Position numbers and translations under genes: made by a program. DNA of 63,354 nucleotides, counting the filler, from Eubacteriales bacterium (lineage in GTDB: Bacteria; Bacillota; Clostridia; Oscillospirales; CAG-382): assembly GCA_045636665.1 (NCBI GenBank). It is 6 parts of 6 records of this genome, joined end to end, with 100 filler letters (N's around TTAATTAATTAA, not from the genome) between each part and the next. Parts side by side here need not be neighbours in the genome. Positions count along the whole stretch, not along the records: positions 24,598 to 37,317 come from JAZTXY010000041.1; positions 37,418 to 44,581 come from JAZTXY010000042.1; 4 more parts are not named here. The stretch is one strand, 5' to 3'. A model generated the notes under the pieces. It searched no databases. It saw only the letters and a program-made list of their open reading frames with translations, and was not told the DNA's origin. Positions 28,761-37,669 of the stretch are shown here, in pieces (position 1 is the first letter of the stretch; each line of letters starts with the position of its first letter).

Positions 28761-29756
28761 TCACTCCGTACTAAGATGGATTGCGTGAGCGATTGAAGGA
28801 ATCGATCTGCTTTCAAATACACTGTTCGTGTTAAGAAGCGCACCTGTGCCAACGATTAGAAGGTTTTTAATTGTCCCTTCATTTAAAAGCTTACAAAAGT
28901 GACCTGCCAATACACTTGCGATACAGCCACAGCCGGAACCTCCCGAATGAGTGTCTTGCTTTGATTTGTCATAAATCAGTATACCGCAATCGGTGAAGGT
29001 TGTATTCATCGCAATTCCTTCAAGAGCTAACATCTCTGATGCTATTGCATTGCCCTCGTAACCAAGGTCACCGGTTGAAATAATATCGAAATCCTCGGGT
29101 TTGAGTTTGCCGTCAATAAAGAATTCTTTTATTGTGTCTGTTGCTGCACAAGCCATTGCTGCGCCCATATTATTTGCATCGGTGATTTCTTTATCGATAA
29201 TTTTACCGATGACGGCACTTTTGATTTTGATTTTTGACGGTTCGTCGGTAATCAAAAAAGCACCCGAGCCGGTTACTGTGTTTTGAGAAGTGGGAGTGCG
29301 CACGCTTCCGTATTCAAGAGGGAAGCGGTATTGACGCTCGGCTGAGCAAAAGTGGGACGAAGTTACGCCGATTGTGCGGTGTGCAAAGCCTGCGTTAATG
29401 AAAACTGAAGCACATATTATCGACTCGATTGCTGTTGAACAAGCGCCGTATAATCCAATAAAAGGGATGTTGCTGCCATTTGCGGCATAACTTGTAACAG
29501 TACATTGATTGATCAAATCGCCACCGAATATAAAATCGATGTCATCAAAAGTAAAGTTGCCTTTCTTGGCAAGGATATTTAAGTTTTGCCGTACCATTTC
29601 GCTCTCTGCTTCTTCGAAACTTTTTTGACCGAAATATTCATCATCCGAATAAGCGTCGAAATAAGCTTGAAGCGGACCTTTGAACTCTTTCTTTCCTACT
29701 ACAGAAGAGGAGACGTTCAAATATACATCATTAAAATATAAATGATTGTTTTTCAA
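28761..29756 (-). CDS. spoVAD: Stage V sporulation protein AD
   Basis: GGDLINQC, GLYGACST, SSHFCSAERQYRFPLEYG, GGSGCGC, IPSIAH. Confidence 0.95.
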   Translation of the reverse strand: MKNNHLYFNDVYLNVSSSVVGKKEFKGPLQAYFDAYSDDEYFGQKSFEEAESEMVRQNLNILAKKGNFTFDDIDFIFGGDLINQCTVTSYAANGSNIPFIGLYGACSTAIESIICASVFINAGFAHRTIGVTSSHFCSAERQYRFPLEYGSVRTPTSQNTVTGSGAFLITDEPSKIKIKSAVIGKIIDKEITDANNMGAAMACAATDTIKEFFIDGKLKPEDFDIISTGDLGYEGNAIASEMLALEGIAMNTTFTDCGILIYDKSKQDTHSGGSGCGCIASVLAGHFCKLLNEGTIKNLLIVGTGALLNTNSVFESRSIPSIAHAIHLSTE

Positions 29757-29766
29757 AAGTTAACCC

Positions 29767-30201
29767 TCACATAATAAATATATAGTATATTATACCAAAT
29801 ATAATGGATGAAGAAACGCCATATACAATAACGGGGCCTGCGATGGTGAAAATTTTTGATGCAACGCCCGTTATAAACCCTTCGCTTTTGGATTCAATCG
29901 CTTCTGATGTTATGGCGTTTGCAAATCCCGAAATCGGAACCAACGCACCGCCACCGCCAAATTTCGCAATCTTATCAAAAAAACCGAAACCCGTTGAAAT
30001 TGCAGTAAGCAGTATGATTGTAAGAGATGCTAAAATAAAACAAGTGTCTTTGTTAATTCCCAAATATAAATATAATTGTAAAAATAGCTCGGCAATCGTA
30101 CAAATGGTTCCTCCAACAAAAAATGCTTTGATACAATTTTTTATACAAGGCGAGCGTTCGGCGCGTTTTTCGGTATAATCTTTGTATTGTTTGTTCGTCA
30201 T
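29767..30201 (-). CDS. spoVAC: Stage V sporulation protein AC
   Basis: AFFVGGTIC, VPISGFAN, KSEG, FTIAGPVIVYG. Confidence 0.95.
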   Translation of the reverse strand: MTNKQYKDYTEKRAERSPCIKNCIKAFFVGGTICTIAELFLQLYLYLGINKDTCFILASLTIILLTAISTGFGFFDKIAKFGGGGALVPISGFANAITSEAIESKSEGFITGVASKIFTIAGPVIVYGVSSSIIFGIIYYIFIM

Positions 30202-30264
30202 AATGGATTCCTTTAACTGTTTTTATATAATTTTTGTATTTTTCGTTAAAATATACCCATTCGC

Positions 30265-30292
30265 TTGACATATTTAAATATTTTGATATAAT
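30265..30292 (+). promoter_or_regulatory. Consensus sigma-A promoter
   Basis: TTGACA-16 nt-TATAAT with extended TG. Confidence 0.75.
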
Positions 30293-30308
30293 ATTATCTT
30301 GAAATGGA

Positions 30309-32030
30309 GTGTTTGTATTGAAAGTACCCGAAATAAAGAATGTTTATAAAATGCCCGAAAGTATTCGTTCGATTCTTCGTGAGTCAACCGAGAAATACGG
30401 CGATAAAATTGTTTATAAGTATTTTACTGCACCTAATGAAGTCTCTGAAATGTCTTATAGACAGCTTTATTCTTATTTTAAAAGCGTTGGTACAGCGATT
30501 TGCTCTCTTGGCTTGAATAATAAGAAGATTGCTATTGTAGGCGAAAACAGCCCTTTGTGGATGATTTCGCTTATGTCTGTCATAAGTGCGGGTTCTGTTG
30601 CAGTGCCGCTTGATAAAGACTTGTTGCCTGCACAGATTGAAAATTTTCTTGCTTATTCCGATACCGAAGCAGTTTTCTGTTCGGGTAAGTATGCAGAAAA
30701 AATCGCTGCAATGAATCTTCCTAATTTGAAAGTAATCGTCGATTTTGATAACAAGGGAAGCACCGACAAACGTTATTATTCTTTTGAAAAATTCGTTTCG
30801 TTGGGCGCAAAGCTTGTTGCCGGCGGTGACAAATCCTTTAAGAATTGCAGATATGACCGTTCTAAGATGAGCTTGCTTATCTTTACTTCCGGTACTACCG
30901 GAACAAGTAAGGGTGTTATGCTTTCTGAAGATAACGTGCTTACTGCGCTTAATGCAGCATCTAATATGATCAACTTTAAGAGCAACAACGTTCTTTTAAG
31001 TGTTCTTCCGATGCACCACACTTATGAGATGACAGCGGGACAGCTTACGGCTATTCGTTTGGGACTTACCATTTGTGTTAACAATAGCTTGAAATACGTT
31101 ATGAGAAACATGAAAATGTTTCAACCCACTGCCATGGTTGTTGTACCCTTGTACATCAACACTATTAAGAAAAAAATATCCGATGAAATCAAAAACCGTA
31201 AGAAGCAAAAGGTTGTTGACGTTGGTGTTAAAGCAACTAAGGCGCTTAGAAAGGTTGGACTTGATGCGAGAAGCATAGTTTTCTCTGAGGTGCTGAGCGC
31301 TCTTGGCGGAAAGTTGAAAACTATGATATGCGGCGGTGCCGCTACCGACCCTGAAGCAATCAAGTGGTTTGAAGATTTGGGTATAAACGTTTTCCAAGGA
31401 TATGGTATAACGGAATGTTCTCCGCTTGTAGCTGTTAATCCGATGGTAAACGTACATTATAACTCTGTCGGACTTCCTATTCCCGGATCGCGCGTTAAAA
31501 TAATATCCGATGAAACGGGCAAAGAAATCGATCTTCCTTATGGCGAAATCGGCGAGATTTGCGTTAAGGGCGGTCATGTAATGCTTGGTTATTACAATAA
31601 CGAGGAAGCAACAAAAGCTGCTTTTACACAAGAGGGCTATTTCCGTACAGGCGACTTCGGTTACATGGATCGAGATAATTATCTTTATATTACTGGTCGT
31701 AAAAAGAATATTATTATTCTCGACAACGGCAAAAACGTTTATCCCGAAGAAATCGAGGAATATTTGGAAAGAATCGATTCAATAAAAGAGTGCGTAGTTA
31801 TCGGACGTGGAAATTCTTCGGGCGAAGTTGTAATCACTGCGCTTATTTATCCCGATTACGATCAATTCAAGGAATGTACAGAAGAACAGATAATCGAAAA
31901 AATGCGTTCTGAAGTTGCGAACATTAATAAGATGTTACCTACCTTCAAACAGATACGTAATATCGAAATTAAAAAGAATGAATTCGAAAAGACGACCACT
32001 AAGAAAATAATTCGATATAAACTTTCTTAA
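30309..32030 (+). CDS. Long-chain fatty acid-CoA/ACP ligase (AMP-binding enzyme)
   Basis: FTSGTTGTSKG, LPMHH, QGYGITECSP, FRTGDFG, ITGRKKN, GKNVYPEEIE. The exact start is uncertain. Confidence 0.9.
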   Translation: MFVLKVPEIKNVYKMPESIRSILRESTEKYGDKIVYKYFTAPNEVSEMSYRQLYSYFKSVGTAICSLGLNNKKIAIVGENSPLWMISLMSVISAGSVAVPLDKDLLPAQIENFLAYSDTEAVFCSGKYAEKIAAMNLPNLKVIVDFDNKGSTDKRYYSFEKFVSLGAKLVAGGDKSFKNCRYDRSKMSLLIFTSGTTGTSKGVMLSEDNVLTALNAASNMINFKSNNVLLSVLPMHHTYEMTAGQLTAIRLGLTICVNNSLKYVMRNMKMFQPTAMVVVPLYINTIKKKISDEIKNRKKQKVVDVGVKATKALRKVGLDARSIVFSEVLSALGGKLKTMICGGAATDPEAIKWFEDLGINVFQGYGITECSPLVAVNPMVNVHYNSVGLPIPGSRVKIISDETGKEIDLPYGEIGEICVKGGHVMLGYYNNEEATKAAFTQEGYFRTGDFGYMDRDNYLYITGRKKNIIILDNGKNVYPEEIEEYLERIDSIKECVVIGRGNSSGEVVITALIYPDYDQFKECTEEQIIEKMRSEVANINKMLPTFKQIRNIEIKKNEFEKTTTKKIIRYKLS

Positions 32031-32055
32031 ATTAACAATCTTAATGAGGTAAATT

Positions 32056-32280
32056 ATGTTAGGTAAGCTTAAAGATCTTTTAGTTAACGAAATGGACATC
32101 AACCCCGAACTCATAGTTCCCACAGCCGAATTGATGAACGATCTCGGTTTCAATTCGCTTGAACTCGCTGATTTGGTTGTGCTTTGCGAAGAAAAGTTCA
32201 ACGTCATCTTTGATGAAAGCGTGCTTCCGACTCTTATCACTGTTGGCGACGTTGTTGCTTATCTCGAGGAGAACGCATAA
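32056..32280 (+). CDS. Acyl carrier protein
   Basis: 74 aa, acidic; DLGFNSLEL phosphopantetheine Ser; TVGDVV. Confidence 0.88.
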   Translation: MLGKLKDLLVNEMDINPELIVPTAELMNDLGFNSLELADLVVLCEEKFNVIFDESVLPTLITVGDVVAYLEENA

Positions 32281-32285
32281 GATTT

Positions 32286-32319
32286 TGAGCGCGTTGCTTT
32301 TGCAGTGCGCTCATTTTTT
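32286..32319 (+). terminator. Intrinsic terminator after the ACP gene
   Basis: TGAGCGCGTTGC-TTTT-GCAGTGCGCTCA followed by a T-tract. Confidence 0.7.
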
Positions 32320-32336
32320 AATTTCGGAGGTTTTTT

Positions 32337-33008
32337 ATGCCCAATATTTTGGTTGCCGAAGACGATATTGCATTAAATAAATTGATATGTAAAGTTCTTG
32401 AAAAAGACGGTCATTTTGTCATTTCAAAAAAAGATGGCGAAGAAGCGTTGAACGTGCTTGACGAAATGCATATTGACTTGATCGTTACCGACGTAATGAT
32501 GCCGAAGCTTGACGGATATGAGTTCATTGAAAACGTCAGAAGCTTCAATTCAACAGTACCTGTGCTTTACGTTACTGCAAAAGGCTCTTTTAATGATAAG
32601 CTTCGAGGCTTTAATCTCGGCGCTGACGATTATATGGTTAAGCCGATCGATATAAATGAACTGATTTTGCGAGTAAACGCGCTTTTGCGCAGAAGCAAAA
32701 TCGCAAATGAGCGCAAAATTGTAATCGGTGATACCGTTTTAGACAGTGAAGCATATACCGTGACCGCTGATGGCGATACGGTTACTTTGCCTCAAAAGGA
32801 ATTTTTGTTACTTTTCAAGCTTTTATCGTATCCTGACAGAGTGTTTACGCGTTTTGAAATTATGGACGAAATTTGGGGATACGAATCCGAAAGTGACGAA
32901 AAGACGATTAACGTACATATCAGCAAATTAAGGAACCGATACGAAAATAACAAAGATTTTTCAATAGAAACCGTTCGCGGCATCGGTTACAAAGGGGTGC
33001 TGAAATGA
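32337..33008 (+). CDS. OmpR-family response regulator (HssR-like)
   Basis: VAEDD, TDVMMP, GADDYMVKP, VHISKLR, TVRGIGY. Confidence 0.93.
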   Translation: MPNILVAEDDIALNKLICKVLEKDGHFVISKKDGEEALNVLDEMHIDLIVTDVMMPKLDGYEFIENVRSFNSTVPVLYVTAKGSFNDKLRGFNLGADDYMVKPIDINELILRVNALLRRSKIANERKIVIGDTVLDSEAYTVTADGDTVTLPQKEFLLLFKLLSYPDRVFTRFEIMDEIWGYESESDEKTINVHISKLRNRYENNKDFSIETVRGIGYKGVLK

Positions 33009-34072
33009 AAAATGACAAAACACTTATTGGCGATAATATAAAAAAAGTAAAAGAAAAAATGCCAATGGTGTTCTATTTGACCGTGTTCATTTTTGCCGTA
33101 AGCTGTATAACGGCGATAATGCTGTTTTGCTTTTACGTTATTTTATTGAATACGGGGCTTATGACCGAATTTACCTTGATTTGGCTTGTTTTGGTTTTGT
33201 TTATTGGCAGTGCTATAATTTCAACAAGTCTTGTCAGGGGCTTGGGTAACAGAATAATTTTTGGTAGTTTACGCAAGATCACACAAGCGTCAAAAGCCGT
33301 TGCCAACGGCGACTTTAGTCAGCGGCTTGAACCTCCGCGAGAAAAAGAAATTGCGGAATTATGCGATAGTTTTAATGAGATGGTGGACAAGCTTGGCGCA
33401 AACGAGCTTTTAGCAAGAGATTTTGTTTCAAACGTATCTCATCAATTTCGCACACCGCTTTCTTCGATTCACGGTTATGCTCAGCTTCTTGAGGATGAAA
33501 CGCTTTTGGAAGATGAGAAAAAAGAGTATATCGAAGTTATAAAGGAAAAGTCGATTTCGCTTTCTCATTTAATTAATGACGTTTTGGAGCTTTCCCGATT
33601 GGAGCACCTTAGCGCAGGTCTTGAAAAAGAGCTGTTTTCTATGGATGAGCAATTAAGAAAATGTATTCTTTCGATGGAAGATCATCTCGCCGAAAAGAAT
33701 ATTGAGGTTGTCCTTGATCTTCAAGCAGTTAATTATCTTGGATGTAAAGATCTTATTGGCGAGGTTTGGAATAATTTGCTTGAAAATGCAATCAAGTTCA
33801 GCGTTGAAGGCGGTACGATTTGCGTAAAAATCGAAAGCGATTTTGTAAAAATCGTTGTTTCTGTTCGCGACAACGGAATTGGTATGAGTAATGAAACGAA
33901 AACCCGTATGTTCGAACGCTTTTATCGCGGTAAAGAAGCGCAAGGTGTTGGCGGATGCGGTCTTGGTATGTCAATGGTGAAAAGCATTATTCAAAAACAC
34001 GGCGGCGAAATTAACGTACAAAGTGAATTGGGCAAGGGAAGTGATATTGTCATCGTTCTTCCGATTCAATAA
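33005..34072 (+). CDS. HAMP-domain sensor histidine kinase
   Basis: Two TM segments, HAMP, SHQFRTPL, NLLENAIKF, DNGIG, GLGM. Confidence 0.93.
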   Translation: MKNDKTLIGDNIKKVKEKMPMVFYLTVFIFAVSCITAIMLFCFYVILLNTGLMTEFTLIWLVLVLFIGSAIISTSLVRGLGNRIIFGSLRKITQASKAVANGDFSQRLEPPREKEIAELCDSFNEMVDKLGANELLARDFVSNVSHQFRTPLSSIHGYAQLLEDETLLEDEKKEYIEVIKEKSISLSHLINDVLELSRLEHLSAGLEKELFSMDEQLRKCILSMEDHLAEKNIEVVLDLQAVNYLGCKDLIGEVWNNLLENAIKFSVEGGTICVKIESDFVKIVVSVRDNGIGMSNETKTRMFERFYRGKEAQGVGGCGLGMSMVKSIIQKHGGEINVQSELGKGSDIVIVLPIQ

Positions 34073-34098
34073 CAGTTTGAAAAATTTCGTAAAAATTA

Positions 34099-34127
34099 GT
34101 GACAAACTTAAAGAATTATGATATAAT
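34099..34127 (+). promoter_or_regulatory. Putative sigma-A promoter
   Basis: GTGACA-17 nt-TATAAT with extended TG. Confidence 0.6.
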
Positions 34128-34156
34128 GATTAAAAATAAAAAAATAGGATGGTAAT

Positions 34157-37100
34157 ATGAAAAAACTTTCTCTTTTATTAGCATTGCTGATTGTTTTATC
34201 AGTGTTTATCACCGCTTGCGGCGATAACGTTGCCGACGAATCCTCTGTTGATGCATCTACCGACAATTCCGAATCGGGTTCGGGCGATCAATCAACCGGA
34301 ACGTCGAAACCCAGCAAAGAATCGCTTATTTTAACCGGTGTTGCTGTTGATAAAAATGCACAGTCCACCGTTATTTCCAACGGCGCGTCGTATACTTCGC
34401 AAATCGAAGCCGATGCACAGTATCCCGATTCATATAATTCGGAAATGACTGACGGCATCCGCGTTAGCTCCGATTCTCCGAGCTATTCCGATGAATCAAC
34501 CGCCGGATACATCGCATCATCCGGTCAGATCTTTATCGTTGACCTTGGTTATGAATGCGATAAAATTTATGAGTTCACTGTTGGCTATCTTTCTACAAAA
34601 CAAGCCGGTATCGGTCCTATCGGCAGTGTTACCGTTTATGGCTCTGTTGATGGTAAAGATTGGCAAAGAGTTGGCAAGGGAAGTGCTCCTACCTTCGAAG
34701 AAGGCACTGTGAAAGACGTTGTTATTACCCTTGAAAACTATATCAATGCAAGATATATTCGCTTTTACATAACCGGCACGGCGGCTTGGATGTTTTTTGA
34801 TGAAATTTCCGTTATTGCAGACGTTGAAGGTTCAAGCGGTGTTGAATTTGTAAATGCTGTAAACGAAGCATATAAAGTTCACGGCACAGTTGCAAGACCT
34901 GCAGGCGTTAAGGAAATTGAATACGCTCTTAATAAGACTCTTATCTCCAAAGACGCAAAATATCAAAAATCTTCCGCTGTTATTGATAAGTTTAAGGATA
35001 ACGGCAAAATGCTTACCGACGGTAACTTGAGCGGTTTTTATGAAGGCGGCACTTGGGTTGGTTTAGACGCAACCAAAGATTCGACCGTTTTGATTGACCT
35101 CGGTAAAACCGTTGACGATATTGCGTCAGTTGAAGCATCATTCTATACAAATACAGCTGTTAAACTCTTTTTGCCTGTAGCAATTAAGGTTGCGGCTCTT
35201 GATGAAAACAAAAACAAAACCGAGTTGGGTGTTTTGTATGCAAATACCGTAATAGCAAACGGCAGTTATTGCTTCTCGCTTCCGTTTGTAAAAACTATCA
35301 GCGCAAGATATATTGAGTTTACAATTATCGCTACCGAAAGCACGATGTTCCTTGCAGAAGAATTTGCTGTTTATGCATACAGAGAATATAACGAAGAATC
35401 TTTGTATCCTCCCGTTGTAATCGAAAAGAATAGCAAGGATTGGGGTTCTGCAGGCAACGATGAATATATTAACCTCGTTGCAAACACAACTCAGCAAATC
35501 GTTTCTGCGGCCGAATTGGGTAAAGAAGCTGCGGCAAACAATACCGCTGTTACATCGAAGATTATGACCGATGGCAAAGTTTCGCCCAGTACGGATATTC
35601 ATAACGGCCGTTTCTTTAAATTTAACGGCGGCGGAGACAGAACTGTCGTATTCGATCTTACTCACGTTTCTTCTGTTGACAAGATTACCGCAAGCTTTAC
35701 TCAACAGGTTGACTGGGCGGTAAATGCGCCTTCTACCATTCAAGTATCTGTGACCGAAGATGGCAAAACCTGGTATGAAGTCGGCACAATGCAAAGAAAT
35801 GGCAACAGTCAGGCGTTCTTGGCTAAATATGAGCTTAAGCTTTCCAAGAAGATTAAAGCAAGATATGTTTCGTTGAAGTTCGCTGTTAGCGGTTGGGCAG
35901 GTTGTGATGAGGTTGAAATTTTCGGTACTACCTCGACCGCAAGTGCAAAGAGTCCTTCCGCCGCAGGCTTAAAAGAAGTAACGACCTTTTCAAGTAAACG
36001 TATCGAGCCCTCCAAAAATATCCTTGGCGGCGCAAAAGATACCTGCTTGCTTTATCACAATAATCGTGAAGGCTACAAGGTTGAAGACCTTATTCCTTAC
36101 CTTGCGTACGTTGATGAAAACGGCAAAATGCAAGACGTTATGTTTGACAGCTTCTTGTTCTTGATTATGTCAACCTTCCCGAGTGGCGGCTATCCTTACT
36201 CAAACGGTGTTAAAACCGACTGGGAATGGGCATTGAACGATTTGTTCGGCGACGGAAAGAACATTAAAGCACTTGACGAAGCAGTTGCTATTGTTAAAGA
36301 AGAACTCGGCCTTGCAGCAGATTATAAGTACAAAGTAATTCTTTCGCTTTATTATCCTTCGCCCGAAATTACAAATTTCGGTGACGTAGACGGCGACGGC
36401 GTTTCCGAAAACCTTAGCAAATACGAAGACACTATGAAGGCAATCGAATGGTATATTAATCTTACCGACGATACCTTCAAAGCACAAAACTTCCAAAATA
36501 TCGAGCTTGTAGGTTATTATTGGTTCCACGAAGCAATCAATTCGACCGATGATATGAGCCTTCGCGTTCTTAACGCAACATCTGAACTCGTTCATAAAAA
36601 GGGTGTTGATTTCTGCTGGATTCCTTATTTCGCATCCAACGGATACAATGCTTGGTCTGAATACGGTTTTGACGTTGCCGTTATGCAGCCTAACTACGTA
36701 TTTAAGCTCGACACTCCTTATTCCAACGTAACCAACTGTGCAAAGCTTACCGCAATGTATGGTATGGGCATCGAAATGGAAATTTGTACCGATAGTTTAA
36801 GTAATATTCAGTTCTTCAAGAAGTATATGCAATATTTGGCAGGTGGTACTGAATACGGTTATATGAACGACTGTATCGTTATGTACTATCAGGAAATATT
36901 CGCTTTCCGCGATGCTTGTAATTCCGATTCGATAATGGGCAGAATGATTTATGATGCTACTTATCATTTCATAAAGGGTGATCTTAAATATAAGCCCGAT
37001 GCAATTTCCGGAACAACCATTGAAACCGCAAAGAATACTCCTGCAAACGGTAGCTTAACGTTTGATACCGAAAAATTGCGTGAGTTCAAAATCAGCGAAA

Positions 37101-37252
37101 TGCCCGAACACGGTACTGTTACTCTCAACAACGACGGTTCGTTTACCTACTATCCCGAAAAGGATTTCGTTGGTGAAGTTAAATTCAGCTTCTCCTACAG
37201 CGAATATCTCGGTTGGTCCGATCCGTGCGAAGTTGTTATAAACGTAAAATAA
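34157..37252 (+). CDS. Lipoprotein with three F5/8C-like domains, a DUF4855-like domain and a cadherin/Ig-like C-terminus
   Basis: Lipobox ITAC; 'MFDSFLF', 'ELVGYYWFHE', 'WIPYF', 'GFDVAVMQPNY', 'GIEMEI', 'YYQ'; 'PEHGTVTLNNDGSFTYYP'. Confidence 0.82.
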   Translation: MKKLSLLLALLIVLSVFITACGDNVADESSVDASTDNSESGSGDQSTGTSKPSKESLILTGVAVDKNAQSTVISNGASYTSQIEADAQYPDSYNSEMTDGIRVSSDSPSYSDESTAGYIASSGQIFIVDLGYECDKIYEFTVGYLSTKQAGIGPIGSVTVYGSVDGKDWQRVGKGSAPTFEEGTVKDVVITLENYINARYIRFYITGTAAWMFFDEISVIADVEGSSGVEFVNAVNEAYKVHGTVARPAGVKEIEYALNKTLISKDAKYQKSSAVIDKFKDNGKMLTDGNLSGFYEGGTWVGLDATKDSTVLIDLGKTVDDIASVEASFYTNTAVKLFLPVAIKVAALDENKNKTELGVLYANTVIANGSYCFSLPFVKTISARYIEFTIIATESTMFLAEEFAVYAYREYNEESLYPPVVIEKNSKDWGSAGNDEYINLVANTTQQIVSAAELGKEAAANNTAVTSKIMTDGKVSPSTDIHNGRFFKFNGGGDRTVVFDLTHVSSVDKITASFTQQVDWAVNAPSTIQVSVTEDGKTWYEVGTMQRNGNSQAFLAKYELKLSKKIKARYVSLKFAVSGWAGCDEVEIFGTTSTASAKSPSAAGLKEVTTFSSKRIEPSKNILGGAKDTCLLYHNNREGYKVEDLIPYLAYVDENGKMQDVMFDSFLFLIMSTFPSGGYPYSNGVKTDWEWALNDLFGDGKNIKALDEAVAIVKEELGLAADYKYKVILSLYYPSPEITNFGDVDGDGVSENLSKYEDTMKAIEWYINLTDDTFKAQNFQNIELVGYYWFHEAINSTDDMSLRVLNATSELVHKKGVDFCWIPYFASNGYNAWSEYGFDVAVMQPNYVFKLDTPYSNVTNCAKLTAMYGMGIEMEICTDSLSNIQFFKKYMQYLAGGTEYGYMNDCIVMYYQEIFAFRDACNSDSIMGRMIYDATYHFIKGDLKYKPDAISGTTIETAKNTPANGSLTFDTEKLREFKISEMPEHGTVTLNNDGSFTYYPEKDFVGEVKFSFSYSEYLGWSDPCEVVINVK

Positions 37253-37265
37253 TTTAAAATTTTAC

Positions 37266-37302
37266 CAAGCTCTCGATTTAATATCGAGAGCTTGTTTTTT
37301 TT
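37266..37302 (+). terminator. Intrinsic terminator
   Basis: CAAGCTCTCGAT-TTAAT-ATCGAGAGCTTG followed by T8. Confidence 0.85.
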
Positions 37303-37317
37303 CTAAAATTCCTAAAA

Positions 37318-37417
37318 NNNNNNNNNNNNNNNNNNNNNNNNNNNNNNNNNNNNNNNNNNNNTTAATTAATTAANNNNNNNNNNNNNNNNNNNNNNNNNNN
37401 NNNNNNNNNNNNNNNNN
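37318..37417. other. Artificial contig-joining spacer
   Basis: N-run + TTAATTAATTAA + N-run. Confidence 0.99.
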
Positions 37418-37619
37418 AGAGAGTTGCCGTTTGGTGCGAGGCAATAACCGACATTTTATCTTATCACCTCCGAGCTGCATACCTGAAATATCAGTAGGGT
37501 GTGACGGAGTTTCCGCCGTAAAAAAGGGAATAGCGTCAAGTGCGCCGCAAATGAGTGGTATAATGCAGTTGTTTTTTAACAGCTTCATCTCGTTGCAGAG
37601 ATGGAGCTTTTTGTTTTTT
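37418..37619 (+). promoter_or_regulatory. T-box riboswitch leader (5' part of stem I missing), probable Ile specifier
   Basis: AGAGAG AG-box; GGTGCGA apical loop; ATC-A-CCTCC-GAG at 37463; stem II GAAA/AGTA S-turn; GCCGTAA F-box; antiterminator bulge TGGTATA 37556-37562; terminator 37581-37608 plus U-tract. Confidence 0.82.
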
Positions 37620-37669
37620 GTACACTTCTTAGCGACGTTAAAAATCAAAAAAGAAGAGGTAATTTGAAA

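Noticed and set aside
30221..30256. SigG-like promoter for spoVAC
   Set aside because: GTATA is present, but the -10 match and spacing are poor in AT-rich DNA.
37601..37669. Track's upstream start for the acyl-CoA synthetase
   Set aside because: That ATG lies inside the T-box terminator; ATG 37670 follows a GAGG RBS.
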